A DNA stretch of 64,000 nt from Alphaproteobacteria bacterium. Lineage in GTDB: Bacteria > Pseudomonadota > Alphaproteobacteria > Micavibrionales > UBA2020. The stretch's first letter is position 1, and each line of letters opens with the position of its first letter. Location: NCBI GenBank assembly GCA_025934695.1, contig JAICWS010000004.1, forward strand, positions 26,666-90,665, in the 5' to 3' direction. Below are positions 27,855 through 37,285 of the stretch, in pieces. The notes beneath the pieces are model-generated. The model saw nothing but the letters and a program-made list of their open reading frames with translations, was not told where the DNA came from and ran no database searches. The translations under genes and the position numbers were made by a program.

Positions 27855-29201
27855 ATGGCGCATCCAAAACGTCGGTTTTTATCGGGTTTTCTCGCGGCCG
27901 CCTTCCTGACGGCCTCGGCTCCGGGTTTCGCGCAGGACGTGGCGGCGGCGCAGCAGCCGGCACCCATTACCGCGCCCGCGTTGGTCAAAAAGAACGTCGA
28001 TGTCGCGGCCATGACCGAATGGCGGCACGATATCCATGCCCATCCGGAAACCGCCTTCGAGGAAACGCGCACCGCGAAGAAAATCACCGACCTCTTGACC
28101 TCGTGGGGGCTCGAAGTCCATACGAACGTCGGAAAAACCGGCGTGGTCGGCATCTTGCGCGGGTCCAACACGGGCCCGACCAGCCCCTCGATCTGCATGC
28201 GCGCGGATATCGATGCGCTGCCCATCACCGAGACGGATGGCTTGCCCTATGCCTCGGCCGTGCCCGGCAAGTCGCATGCCTGCGGCCACGACGGCCACAC
28301 CGCCATGCTGCTGGGCGCGGCGAAGTATCTTTCCGAGACCAAAAATTTCACTGGCACCGTCTATTTCATCTTCCAGCCTGCCGAGGAAAGTGGCGGCGGC
28401 GCCAAGGCGATGGTCGACGACGGGTTGTTCCAGTGGGTGCATTGCGACGGCATCTATGGCATGCATGACTGGCCGGGTTTGCAGGCGGGCAAGATCGCTA
28501 TGTCGGAAGGCGCCATCACCTCGAACGCCGACGAGTTCAAGATCACGCTGACCGGAAAGGGCGGCCATGCGGCTTATCCCGCCGACAATATCGACGTTAT
28601 TCAACTCGGCTCCGACATCGTGACCGCCCTGCACCAGTTCAAGGACAAGAACACGCCGGTGGAGGAGGGCGCAGTGCTCGCCATCACCATGTTCAACGGC
28701 GGCGAGGCTTATAACGCGATGCCGACGACCGTCACACTCCAAGGCACGGTGCGCACATTCTCGGGCGCCACGCAGGACAAGATCGAGCAGGCGGTCAAGG
28801 ATATCCCGGCGCAGCTCGCCGCCAAGTACGGCGCCAAGGCGGAAGTCGAATACGACCGCGACGCGCCTGCTGTCATCAACAGCCACGACCAGATCGTGAA
28901 TGCGCGGCAAGCGGCCTCCGATGTCGTCGGCGCTTCCAACGTGACCGATTTCGGCCGCACCATGGGCGGCGAGGATTTCTCCTACTTTACCCAGCATGTG
29001 CCGGGCGCCTATGTCGCCCTGGGCCAGTGGGACGGGAAGAGCAAGATCATCCAGCTCCACAGCCCCAACTTCAATTTCAACGATGCGACGCTGGAAACCG
29101 GCGCGACCTATTGGGTCGACCTGGTCGAGCGGCAGCTGCCCTACAAAGCGCCGCCGCCTGCGCAGGCTTCAACAGTGAAGTCTGCCTCACCATCGAAATA
29201 G
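27855..29201 (+). CDS. M20D amidohydrolase (hippurate hydrolase-like) with a Tat signal peptide
   Basis: RADIDALP, HACGHDGH, FQPAEE, GKGGHAA, GGEDF, LHSPNF; N-terminal KRRFL plus hydrophobic region and GFA-Q cleavage site. Confidence 0.92.
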   Translation: MAHPKRRFLSGFLAAAFLTASAPGFAQDVAAAQQPAPITAPALVKKNVDVAAMTEWRHDIHAHPETAFEETRTAKKITDLLTSWGLEVHTNVGKTGVVGILRGSNTGPTSPSICMRADIDALPITETDGLPYASAVPGKSHACGHDGHTAMLLGAAKYLSETKNFTGTVYFIFQPAEESGGGAKAMVDDGLFQWVHCDGIYGMHDWPGLQAGKIAMSEGAITSNADEFKITLTGKGGHAAYPADNIDVIQLGSDIVTALHQFKDKNTPVEEGAVLAITMFNGGEAYNAMPTTVTLQGTVRTFSGATQDKIEQAVKDIPAQLAAKYGAKAEVEYDRDAPAVINSHDQIVNARQAASDVVGASNVTDFGRTMGGEDFSYFTQHVPGAYVALGQWDGKSKIIQLHSPNFNFNDATLETGATYWVDLVERQLPYKAPPPAQASTVKSASPSK

Positions 29202-29244
29202 AGCCTATAGGCGTTTTCACATTTAGCGGTATATTACCTTTCTG

Positions 29245-29415
29245 CTCCTCTCCTCTGGGAGAGGAAGGGGGCCCCGCGCCAAAGGCGTGGGAAGGTGAGG
29301 GTACTCCGGCCAACCCGCGTTTATGCGGGGCGAAGTACCCTCATCTTCCCATCGCCGCATGCTTCGCATGCGCATATAAAGCGATGGGCCCCTTCTTCTC
29401 CCTGAGGGAGAAGAG
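29245..29415. repeat. Palindromic intergenic repeat, family A, copy 2
   Basis: Shares GGCGTGGGAAGGTGAGGG, CGAAGTACCCTCA and CGCATGCTTCGCATGCGCATATAAAGCGA with 25897-26085. Confidence 0.85.
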
Positions 29416-29437
29416 ATTTTGACAAAACGGACAACCC

Positions 29438-30586
29438 ATGTTCTTCGCGGCGTTCCTCGCGCTTTTCAACTGGTATACCTTCAAGCACATCGCCGACCGG
29501 TGGGGGTGGGTGCAGGGGAATCTGCTGCTATTCTGGGCTGTCGCCCTTCTGTACTTTGCGATCGAAATGTACTGGCTGGCCTCGGCCCTGTGGCTGCCGC
29601 ATCACCGCGGGGCGCGCACCCCTTGGGGCCGCAAGCTGTTCGAGGCCGCGCATTACGCCTCGTTCCTGGCGCTCGGCGTCTTTTCGGTCCAGTTCATGTA
29701 TACTTTCGCGGGCGATTTCATCGGGACGGCGCTCAAGTTCATCGCGCCGCATGCGGCGCTGGTGTTCGATGCGTATAACCTGTCCGTCGTCTGTGCGCTG
29801 ACCGGCCTGACCGTGCTGATCGGCCTCGTGCAGGCCCATACGCATGTGTATGTGGAAAGCGTCGATGTGCCGCTGAAAAACCTGCCCGCGGCTTTCGACG
29901 GTTTTACCATCGTGCAGATTTCCGATCTGCATGTCAGCCCGATGCTCGGCCGCGATTACGTGGAAAAGGTCGTAGCGCTCGCCAATGGATTGACGCCGGA
30001 CATGATGGCGCTGACCGGCGATTTCATCGACGGCACGGTCGACGAGTTGCAGTCCGACGTCGCACCACTCAAAAACTTGTCCGCGCCTTCCGGCGTCTAT
30101 TTTGTCACCGGCAACCACGAATACTACTGGAACCCTTACGCCTGGATGGAGCATTTCAGCAGCCTTGGCCTGCGGGTGCTGGCGAACGAGCATGTTGTCA
30201 TCCGCAAAGGCAATGAGGGTATCGTGGTGGCGGGCGTGACCGATTACTCCACCGCGCGCTCGAACCGGCCCGACGCCTCCGACCCCGCCAAGGCGGTCGC
30301 GGGCGCGCCCGCGGGCCTCGTCAAAATCCTGCTCGCCCACCAGCCGGCCAGTTTCACGGCGGCGGAGGCGGCCGGCGTCGACCTGCAACTCTCGGGCCAT
30401 ACGCATGCGGGCCAGTATTTCCCCTTCACGCTGCTCATCCGTTTCTTTCAGCGCTATTACAAGGACCTCAACCGGCACGGGAACACGTGGCTCTACGTGA
30501 ATACCGGCACCGGTTTCTGGGGGCCGCCGCTGCGCGCCGGAGTCCCGCCCGAAATCACGCGCCTGCGCCTTGTAAAAACGCAGTAA
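29438..30586 (+). CDS. Membrane-anchored metallophosphoesterase (YkuE-like)
   Basis: N-terminal TM helices; SDLH, TGDFID, GNHEY, LAHQP, SGHTHAGQ. Confidence 0.92.
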   Translation: MFFAAFLALFNWYTFKHIADRWGWVQGNLLLFWAVALLYFAIEMYWLASALWLPHHRGARTPWGRKLFEAAHYASFLALGVFSVQFMYTFAGDFIGTALKFIAPHAALVFDAYNLSVVCALTGLTVLIGLVQAHTHVYVESVDVPLKNLPAAFDGFTIVQISDLHVSPMLGRDYVEKVVALANGLTPDMMALTGDFIDGTVDELQSDVAPLKNLSAPSGVYFVTGNHEYYWNPYAWMEHFSSLGLRVLANEHVVIRKGNEGIVVAGVTDYSTARSNRPDASDPAKAVAGAPAGLVKILLAHQPASFTAAEAAGVDLQLSGHTHAGQYFPFTLLIRFFQRYYKDLNRHGNTWLYVNTGTGFWGPPLRAGVPPEITRLRLVKTQ

Positions 30587-30666
30587 ATTTAAGGGCTTGT
30601 CGATTTCTGATAGACAAAACCCCGCCTGCTTTCGTATTATTCATAACGTAAATCATCAAAAGCAGC

Positions 30667-31509
30667 GTGAATGCCATGTTGCGAAACGCCTTTCGCAGAA
30701 TAGCCAATTTCTTCAAATCCCTGTGGCAGCGGATCCATCCGCTGGCCGAGGCTGCTCCCGCGACTTCCGGACCATTCGAAGACTATCTCGCCGGGAAGAT
30801 GAATCCCGACACCGCACGCAAAGTGGTGACAGATTTTAAAAAACTGCAGCTCCCCCTGCCGCAGGAGGGCGATTTCCTCAAAGGCACCGAGGGCGCGCTG
30901 GTCTTCCTCAACCGCTATGGCGTCGTGCTGCGCATCGAAAAGACCAAGCCTGAATTCACCGATAACATCGTGCGCCTGGGTCATAATCCGCTGGTCCTGC
31001 GCCCGATCGCCTCGATCAAGGCGCTCGACGCCATCATCGAAATCTGCCCCGGCACCCACAGCGACAACCGCGAGCGGGATTCGGCCAAGATCAAGGAATT
31101 ACTGGCGAAAGTGGGCGTGGATTTCTGGGACGACGGCGCGCATAACATTGGGCGGTTGCCCTTCAAGACGCCGCAGTTTCCCGATGGGCTTCCCATCGTC
31201 ATCGATCGCCTCGCGGTCTCGAAAATGTCCGAGCACCTCGCGCCGGTCAAAAAACTGCTCGAGATCATGAATCTCGACAAGGATCCGCAGCAGCATCTCT
31301 ACGGCAAGCTGTCGGAGGCGTTCCACGACGCCTGGCATTCGACGGACGGCGACGCGGCGAAAATCGCCGCCTTCTGGAATAAATGCGCGGCATCCGTCAA
31401 AGACGGCACCCTGATTGCGGGCTGGAACGAAAAACGCCGCGATACCTACAAAATCTCCGACGCGCGCCGCGAGGCGAAACACTACGAAAGATCTTTTGGC
31501 GCAGCCTGA
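30667..31509 (+). CDS. Hypothetical protein with a possible degenerate protein-kinase-like fold
   Basis: Clean ORF; FLKGTEG, VVLRIE, DDGAHNIG and IVIDRL fall in kinase motif order. Confidence 0.6.
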   Translation: MNAMLRNAFRRIANFFKSLWQRIHPLAEAAPATSGPFEDYLAGKMNPDTARKVVTDFKKLQLPLPQEGDFLKGTEGALVFLNRYGVVLRIEKTKPEFTDNIVRLGHNPLVLRPIASIKALDAIIEICPGTHSDNRERDSAKIKELLAKVGVDFWDDGAHNIGRLPFKTPQFPDGLPIVIDRLAVSKMSEHLAPVKKLLEIMNLDKDPQQHLYGKLSEAFHDAWHSTDGDAAKIAAFWNKCAASVKDGTLIAGWNEKRRDTYKISDARREAKHYERSFGAA

Positions 31510-31571
31510 CCGACACTGTTGACACTGCGGCAGGCTTGCTCCAGATTATAAATTCTTAAAGGAAACTCCCG

Positions 31572-33368
31572 ATGTCTTACCAGCCCAAGAAACGCAATCC
31601 GCCCACATTGGCGGAGGTCTTCAAATTCCTGAAGGATCACTTCGGCGCGCATCCCGGCAAGGTTTTTGGCGCGTTCCTGTGCATCTTCGTGGCCGCGATG
31701 ACCAGCGCGGTCATGCCGCAGGTCCATGGCTGGCTGGTCGACACGCTGGCGGCGGGGGTCAAGGACCACCGCGATTTCTCCAAGCTGCTCGCCCCCACCC
31801 TCGTCATGACGGCGCTGGGCATCGGCTATCACGTTTTCATGCGCGGGGCGCATTTCATCAACTGCTATACGAACACGGAGGTGCATGCGACGATTGCCGC
31901 GACCTCGCTGAACTATGTCCACAGCTTCGAGACCGAATGGCATACCAATACCTTCGCGGGCTCGATCGTGACGGCGATCAAGCGCGGACGCTCGGCCGCG
32001 CACCGGATCTTCGATACTACCTGCTATGATTTCTGGCCGGCGATCATCGTCGTGGTGGGCAGCATTTCCTTCGCCTGGGAGCGCTCGGTTCCCATCGCCC
32101 TGTCGCTGATCCTCTACGCCATCAGCTTCACGATCTTCAGCATGGTCGTCAGCCTCAAATATGTCGCGCCCAAGAACCGCATCTTTGCCGACGAAGACAG
32201 CCGTTTGGGCGGCACCATCGCCGACAGCGTCACGGGTTACGCCGCCGTCAAGGCCTCGGGCGCGGAAGCGCATGAGTTCGAGCGCATCACGCAGACTGCG
32301 AACCGTTTCGCGGTCGCCGCCCGCATCGCCTGGATACGCGCCAACATGTTGTCGATGATGCAGAACATCATCATCAACCTCGGCCGTTTCGCCGCCATGT
32401 ACATGGCCGCGGTCTACTGGGTGGACGGCAAATTCGGCGCGGGCGACGTCATGTTCGTCCTCATGACCCAGCGCGTGCTGGCCGACTATCTCGACGGCAT
32501 CGGCAACCGCTTGCGCGACATCATCGAATCCATCAACGATCTCGAGGAAGTCGTCGCCTGGCGCACGCGCAAGCCGCTCATCGCCAACAACGCGAAAGTG
32601 GCCGCCAACGACTTCACCCGCTTCGCGCTGAAGTTCGACAATGTGACGTTCCAGTACGCCGGGCAGGCCCGGCCCGCCATCGAAGGCTTCAACCTCGATA
32701 TCCAGCCGGGCGAAAAGGTCGCGCTCGTCGGCAAGACCGGCAGCGGCAAGACCACGCTGTTCAAGCTGCTGCATCGTTATTACGTGGCGCAAACCGGCGT
32801 CATCAGCCTCGACGGCCACGACATCCAGGACGCCGACCTGCCCAGCCTGCGCCGCAATCTGGCGCTCGTGTCGCAGGAACCCGTGCTGTTCCACCGCAGC
32901 CTGGCCGAGAACATCGCCTATTCGCGGCCGAATGCGACGATGGAAGAGATCAAGCTGGCCGCCCAGCGCGCGCAGATCGCCGACCTCATCGAAAGCCTGC
33001 CGCAGGGTTATGAGACGCTGGTGGGCGAGCGCGGCATCAAGCTGTCAGGCGGCGAACGCCAGCGCGTCGCCATCGCCCGCGCGCTGGTCGCCGACGCGCG
33101 CATTATTCTGCTCGATGAAGCCACCAGCTCCCTCGACAATGAAACCGAGCACTTGGTGAAGGAAGCGCTGGAGCAGCTGACCATCGGCCGCTCCGTCCTC
33201 GCTATCGCGCACCGCGTCTCGACCATCCAGGACTTCGACCGCATCATCGTCATGGATCACGGCAAAATCGTGGAGCAGGGAAAGCACGCCGAGCTGCTGG
33301 CCAAGGGCGGCCTGTACGCGCGGCTCTACCATCACAAGGGACCCGACGATACGATCCTCGCGGCGTAA
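31572..33368 (+). CDS. ABC exporter, fused permease/ATPase
   Basis: TMD plus GKTGSGKT, LSGGERQR, LLDEATS, IAHR. Confidence 0.95.
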   Translation: MSYQPKKRNPPTLAEVFKFLKDHFGAHPGKVFGAFLCIFVAAMTSAVMPQVHGWLVDTLAAGVKDHRDFSKLLAPTLVMTALGIGYHVFMRGAHFINCYTNTEVHATIAATSLNYVHSFETEWHTNTFAGSIVTAIKRGRSAAHRIFDTTCYDFWPAIIVVVGSISFAWERSVPIALSLILYAISFTIFSMVVSLKYVAPKNRIFADEDSRLGGTIADSVTGYAAVKASGAEAHEFERITQTANRFAVAARIAWIRANMLSMMQNIIINLGRFAAMYMAAVYWVDGKFGAGDVMFVLMTQRVLADYLDGIGNRLRDIIESINDLEEVVAWRTRKPLIANNAKVAANDFTRFALKFDNVTFQYAGQARPAIEGFNLDIQPGEKVALVGKTGSGKTTLFKLLHRYYVAQTGVISLDGHDIQDADLPSLRRNLALVSQEPVLFHRSLAENIAYSRPNATMEEIKLAAQRAQIADLIESLPQGYETLVGERGIKLSGGERQRVAIARALVADARIILLDEATSSLDNETEHLVKEALEQLTIGRSVLAIAHRVSTIQDFDRIIVMDHGKIVEQGKHAELLAKGGLYARLYHHKGPDDTILAA

Positions 33369-33385
33369 GCCCTCAAATCCCCCAT

Positions 33386-33410
33386 AGTGCCACCCCGGCC
33401 TGCGCCGGGG
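33386..33410. repeat. REP-like GC hairpin, family C, copy 2
   Basis: AGTGCCACCCCGGCCTGCGCCGGGG matches 12386-12410 with one mismatch. Confidence 0.55.
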
Positions 33411-33478
33411 CGACGCCAATGTTGTAATTAAAATGGCAGTCTCCTATTGTTTGCTGGAGACAACGTCAGGAGCAACCC

Positions 33479-34054
33479 ATGAAAATCTCCATCGTCGGCC
33501 GCGGCGTATTCGGCACTTTTCTCGCGCAGGAACTCAGCGCACATGCGCAAATCACCGACGACGCCGATATCGTCATCATCGCCGTGCCGTTTTCTGCCTT
33601 CGAGGACGTCGCGCAAAAACACGCCGGCAAGCACCTCGTCAACGTCTGCTCCGTTCAGCGCAAGCCGAACGAGATTTGCCTGAAACACTCCAAGCGCGTC
33701 ACCGGCATCCACCCGATGTTCGGCCCGCAGAGCCCCGTCACCAACCGCACCTGTGTCGTCACCCACACCTGCGCCGAAAGCGCGGCGGTGACTGACCTTT
33801 TCCGCAAGATCGGCTGCGAGATCGTGACGCATCACCAGGGAAAGCCGATCAGCGGCGCCGACCATGACGCGATGATGCGCAAGACGCACCTGCCGGTCCT
33901 CATGTTCGGCGAACTCGCCGCCCTCATCGTCGAGCAGGCGGGCGACGTGCCCGACAATTGTTTGCCCACCTCCTTCAAGCGCCTGAAGGCGCTGGCTGAA
34001 CAGATGAAGGACATGTCGCCGGGGACGGTCGAAAGCATCCGCAGCAATCTTTAG
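33479..34054 (+). CDS. Short prephenate/arogenate dehydrogenase-like protein (TyrA family)
   Basis: GRGVFG Rossmann motif, IIAVP, NVCSVQ, HPMFGP, DHDAMM; AGGAG RBS. Confidence 0.8.
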   Translation: MKISIVGRGVFGTFLAQELSAHAQITDDADIVIIAVPFSAFEDVAQKHAGKHLVNVCSVQRKPNEICLKHSKRVTGIHPMFGPQSPVTNRTCVVTHTCAESAAVTDLFRKIGCEIVTHHQGKPISGADHDAMMRKTHLPVLMFGELAALIVEQAGDVPDNCLPTSFKRLKALAEQMKDMSPGTVESIRSNL

Positions 34055-34060
34055 GGATAT

Positions 34061-34291
34061 TCAGGCTTTCGCGAGGAAGACGGCTGCGAGATCGGCCGCC
34101 GTCTTGACGTCGCGCAGGTCGTCCTGCACGAGCCGCACCTTGAAGTGCTCCTGCATCTCAATCACCATTTCGACCAGCCGGAACGAGTCCGCAACGAGAT
34201 CGCGGAGAATGGCGTCATCTGTCACGCGCGCGGCCGGAACATTGAGGAAGGAAGCTATCTTCAGCTTGATGTCCTGCACGGTGAAACTCAT
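34061..34291 (-). CDS. Acyl carrier protein (ACP2)
   Basis: 76 aa; LVADSFRLVEMVIEMQE phosphopantetheine Ser motif. Confidence 0.85.
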   Translation of the reverse strand: MSFTVQDIKLKIASFLNVPAARVTDDAILRDLVADSFRLVEMVIEMQEHFKVRLVQDDLRDVKTAADLAAVFLAKA

Positions 34292-34854
34292 TTTGTGGCT
34301 CCGTAAGAGGCGAGGATGTTTTGCAGGCGGTGGGCGTTTTCCTTCATGGCCTTGTCGTACACGCGTTCGTCTGCGTCATGAAACCGCTTGAGCGTCGCCA
34401 TGATGTTGTCGCGCCCGTATTCCGTTTCCATTTCCTTCAGCTCGCCGCGGATCCATTTGATGTGCCATTCCTCATCCTTCATGATCCGCTCGAGGTACTC
34501 CCGGATGACGGGATTGAGGTTCGGGATCTGTTTGTGCATGTTGTACTGGCGCAGGACGCGTTGCTCGAAGACCTGCGTGATGGCCAGGACCTCCATCACG
34601 TTCACGGGCATACCCGCCTCGGTGATATACTGGTCTTGATAGGCTTCTTCGACCTTGAGCGGCTCGAGCGACAGCTTGCCCAGGCATTCCGTCCAGAGCC
34701 AGGCGTGCTGAGCCTCGTCGGCGAAATGCTTGGTCATGTCGACCTGGATGCGTCCCGGCTTCATGCCACGCGCGAGTCGGCCGAAAAACAGCGAGCCGCT
34801 GATTTCCGACACGCGGTAAAAGCTCAAAAGCCAGTGTTCGTCGCTGCAGATCAT
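34288..34854 (-). CDS. Ferritin-like diiron protein
   Basis: SEISG...DEAQH...VFE...DEEWH gives two ExxH pairs. Confidence 0.85.
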   Translation of the reverse strand: MICSDEHWLLSFYRVSEISGSLFFGRLARGMKPGRIQVDMTKHFADEAQHAWLWTECLGKLSLEPLKVEEAYQDQYITEAGMPVNVMEVLAITQVFEQRVLRQYNMHKQIPNLNPVIREYLERIMKDEEWHIKWIRGELKEMETEYGRDNIMATLKRFHDADERVYDKAMKENAHRLQNILASYGATK

Positions 34855-35171
34855 TTGCCAACCTCTTCACAAAGGGCGAAAGTCAGAATCGAATTGTCCA
34901 TTTTCCGGCTCGTATAGCGGAAGACGAGCCGGTCGTTGCCCGCCAGGCGCGCCGTGCCTTCGCCGGCGCGGGTATCATCGACTTCGAAGTCGGTCAGCAG
35001 CAGCCGCGCATTGTCCGGGCAGGCTTTGTAAAGCGACTCCTTGACCGTCCAGAGGCGAAGCCATTCGCTGGGCGGCGCGGATTGCTCCGACGGCGACAGG
35101 AAGAATCGTAGCATATCGCCGCGAATATCGCGCTCGCCCTCGATGTCGATGCCGACGCCGACGACCGTCAT
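34851..35171 (-). CDS. 4'-phosphopantetheinyl transferase (short)
   Basis: GVGIDIE and WTVKESLYKA motifs. True start ATG 35171 overlaps the upstream stop (ATGA). Confidence 0.85.
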   Translation of the reverse strand: MTVVGVGIDIEGERDIRGDMLRFFLSPSEQSAPPSEWLRLWTVKESLYKACPDNARLLLTDFEVDDTRAGEGTARLAGNDRLVFRYTSRKMDNSILTFALCEEVGK

Positions 35172-36220
35172 GTCCGCCCCCATCTTGTCCTGACGAGATC
35201 GCCGCAGGTGCGCCGGATCAGGCCTTCGATATCGGGCGGCGCGTACCAGGGGCAATGCGCGCGCATGCGCTCGTTCAGGAACTCTTTGTCTATGAAGAGT
35301 TGGCTTGCGAAGGGAGCGACGCTGCGGATGGACTGGTTGACGATGTCGCCCGCGAAACTGTCGAGGCCTTCGACAAGCGTGTCGAAAGACTGCTTGTCGG
35401 AATAAAGGGGTTTCAGGATGCGGCGCGCCTTGAAGTCGGTGTCTTCCCTGAATATCTCGAAGGCGATATCGACCATCCGGCCGAGCGTAATGGCCTTGTC
35501 CCGTTCGTCGCACAGGTGGAATACGCCCGTCTGGTCCAGCAGCGACAGGATCGCGCGCGCCACGAAGTCGCCGCGGACGAAATATACCGGCGTCGAAGGA
35601 TTTCCGGGCAGAAGCGAAATCAGCCCGTAGAACACGAGTTTCAGTGTGTTGTGAAAGGCATTGTACTGCGTAACATGGCCCGTGTCGTCATCGGCGATGA
35701 CGGTCGCTACCCGGACGATATTCCATGGAATGCCGGCCGACGTTACGGCCTGCTCGGCCTCGTATTTCGACTGTTCATAGAAATTCGAGAATTTCGGCCG
35801 GTCGCGAACGGTTTCCTCGGGGATTTTTCCGCAGGCGAGGCCGCTGGCATAGACGGTGCCGACAAAGGAAAATTTTTCCAGCTTCGGGCAGGTTTGCGCG
35901 AAAGCGACGGCCTTCGCCGTGCCTTCGGTATTCACCTTCCGGGCGAGATCTTCTTCGACGTTGAACCGCGTCACGGCGGCGGTGTGAATGACTTTCGTGA
36001 TCCGGCTGCGATCCACGTGCGAGAAAGGGTTTGGTGACCGCAAGTCGCCCCAGGCATAGTTCACTGCGCCGCCTTTCGGCATTGCGGCGATCTTCTGGGC
36101 AGCCTCGGCATCGTTGGCGGCGTGCAGCCACAGGATAAGGTCGTCACCTCCGGCGGCGAGCAGCCCCGCAGCGACGCTGCGGCCGACATAACCGTTCGCG
36201 CCTGTGACGAGAATGCTCAT
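35168..36220 (-). CDS. Extended SDR / thioester-reductase-like oxidoreductase
   Basis: TGANGYVG, HTAA, VNTEGT, YEQSK. Confidence 0.88.
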   Translation of the reverse strand: MSILVTGANGYVGRSVAAGLLAAGGDDLILWLHAANDAEAAQKIAAMPKGGAVNYAWGDLRSPNPFSHVDRSRITKVIHTAAVTRFNVEEDLARKVNTEGTAKAVAFAQTCPKLEKFSFVGTVYASGLACGKIPEETVRDRPKFSNFYEQSKYEAEQAVTSAGIPWNIVRVATVIADDDTGHVTQYNAFHNTLKLVFYGLISLLPGNPSTPVYFVRGDFVARAILSLLDQTGVFHLCDERDKAITLGRMVDIAFEIFREDTDFKARRILKPLYSDKQSFDTLVEGLDSFAGDIVNQSIRSVAPFASQLFIDKEFLNERMRAHCPWYAPPDIEGLIRRTCGDLVRTRWGRT

Positions 36221-37053
36221 GCGAAGTCCGGCCAGTCTTTAGGGTATTCGCCGAATGTCTTTATGACCGCGTGCATCCAGCGTTCCAGTCCGAAGGCGAC
36301 GCAGCCCGAATAGGCGGCCTCGCCGTTCGCGGTGATGTGGAATGCTTCGCCGAAATAATTTCGGTGAAAATTGACGGAGCCGATGGCAAGCCCGTCGCCG
36401 AAGATCATCTCCTTTTTCACCGGGTCGAGGCGCTGGGCGAGATGCTTCGGATTCTGCGCCGGCTTGAAGAAGGGATCGGTCGCATCCTGCCAGGTGATGG
36501 CGATGCCGTATTTCTTCGCCAGCGCCGAGACCTTTTCTTCGTGTTCCGCCAGGAAGGATTTGACAGTATCCGCCGCGCCAATGCAGACGATTTCGCGCAT
36601 GTTGAAATTCCACTGCCTCTGCAGCGGCTCATAATAATCCTCGCAGCGGTTGCAGGTGGCGGCGGTCGTCAGATACAGCGGCCCCTCAAGGCTGCTGCCG
36701 TCAAAAAACTGGTAAAAGTGATAGCAGGCGGCCGGCGTCAGCACGTGGCGGATCGGCGCGATCCTGGTCAGGGAAATCGCGCCGTCGTGGAGAGCGCGAT
36801 TACCGCGGAAATTCTCGAGATTTTCCTCCGACCGCTCCAGCGTCACCGGCATCGTGATCAGATGGGGAAAGCTGTTGAAGTAGTCAAGCTTTTCCAAGGT
36901 GACGGCCGGCAGGTGGCTGGGGAATTTGAATTCCCGCGCCTGGCAGCCTTGGGCCAGGCGGACGAAGCATTGGTCGAGCCGCTGATACAGCCCCAGCAGC
37001 GCGCCGCCGAAGGAAGCCTGCCCCTGCGGCTGCCATTTGAAATCCTTAAGCAT
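36217..37053 (-). CDS. Amino acid:[carrier protein] ligase (atypical SerRS-like class II aaRS paralog)
   Basis: YFNSFPH, LTPAACYH, CNRCE, FNMREIV, ATDPFF, FHRNYFG, SGCVAFGLERW; no tRNA-binding domain; adjacent ACP. Confidence 0.88.
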   Translation of the reverse strand: MLKDFKWQPQGQASFGGALLGLYQRLDQCFVRLAQGCQAREFKFPSHLPAVTLEKLDYFNSFPHLITMPVTLERSEENLENFRGNRALHDGAISLTRIAPIRHVLTPAACYHFYQFFDGSSLEGPLYLTTAATCNRCEDYYEPLQRQWNFNMREIVCIGAADTVKSFLAEHEEKVSALAKKYGIAITWQDATDPFFKPAQNPKHLAQRLDPVKKEMIFGDGLAIGSVNFHRNYFGEAFHITANGEAAYSGCVAFGLERWMHAVIKTFGEYPKDWPDFA

Positions 37054-37285
37054 GGAAGAAATTTTCGTAGATGGTGTTGACGTCGCGGAAAACGCCTTTT
37101 TTCAGCTTGCCGGCATCGACCGGGCGTCCCGAGAGCTTCTCGATGAACAGGATAAGGTCCATGACCTGCATCGAAGTGATGACGCGCTGTTCCATGAGCG
37201 GCGTGTCGTCATTGACGGGCTTGCCGGCCTTGCTTTTCGAAGCGACCCAGTCGCGCAGCTGCTTTTTGACGTCCTGTTCGCTCAT
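37046..37285 (-). CDS. Carrier protein (ACP1, probable aminoacyl carrier)
   Basis: 79 aa from ATG 37285 (ATGA overlap); DDTPLMEQRVITSMQVMDLILFIE. Confidence 0.8.
   Translation of the reverse strand: MSEQDVKKQLRDWVASKSKAGKPVNDDTPLMEQRVITSMQVMDLILFIEKLSGRPVDAGKLKKGVFRDVNTIYENFFHA

Noticed and set aside
25897-29415. CRISPR array or tRNA interpretation of the repeats
   Set aside because: Copies are kilobases apart, palindromic and over 100 bp; there is no repeat-spacer periodicity, cas gene or cloverleaf.
35172-35513. 220-aa PPTase and 113-aa ACP as given by the ORF track
   Set aside because: The extensions overlap upstream genes in another frame; ATGA-coupled starts at 35171 and 37285 fit better.
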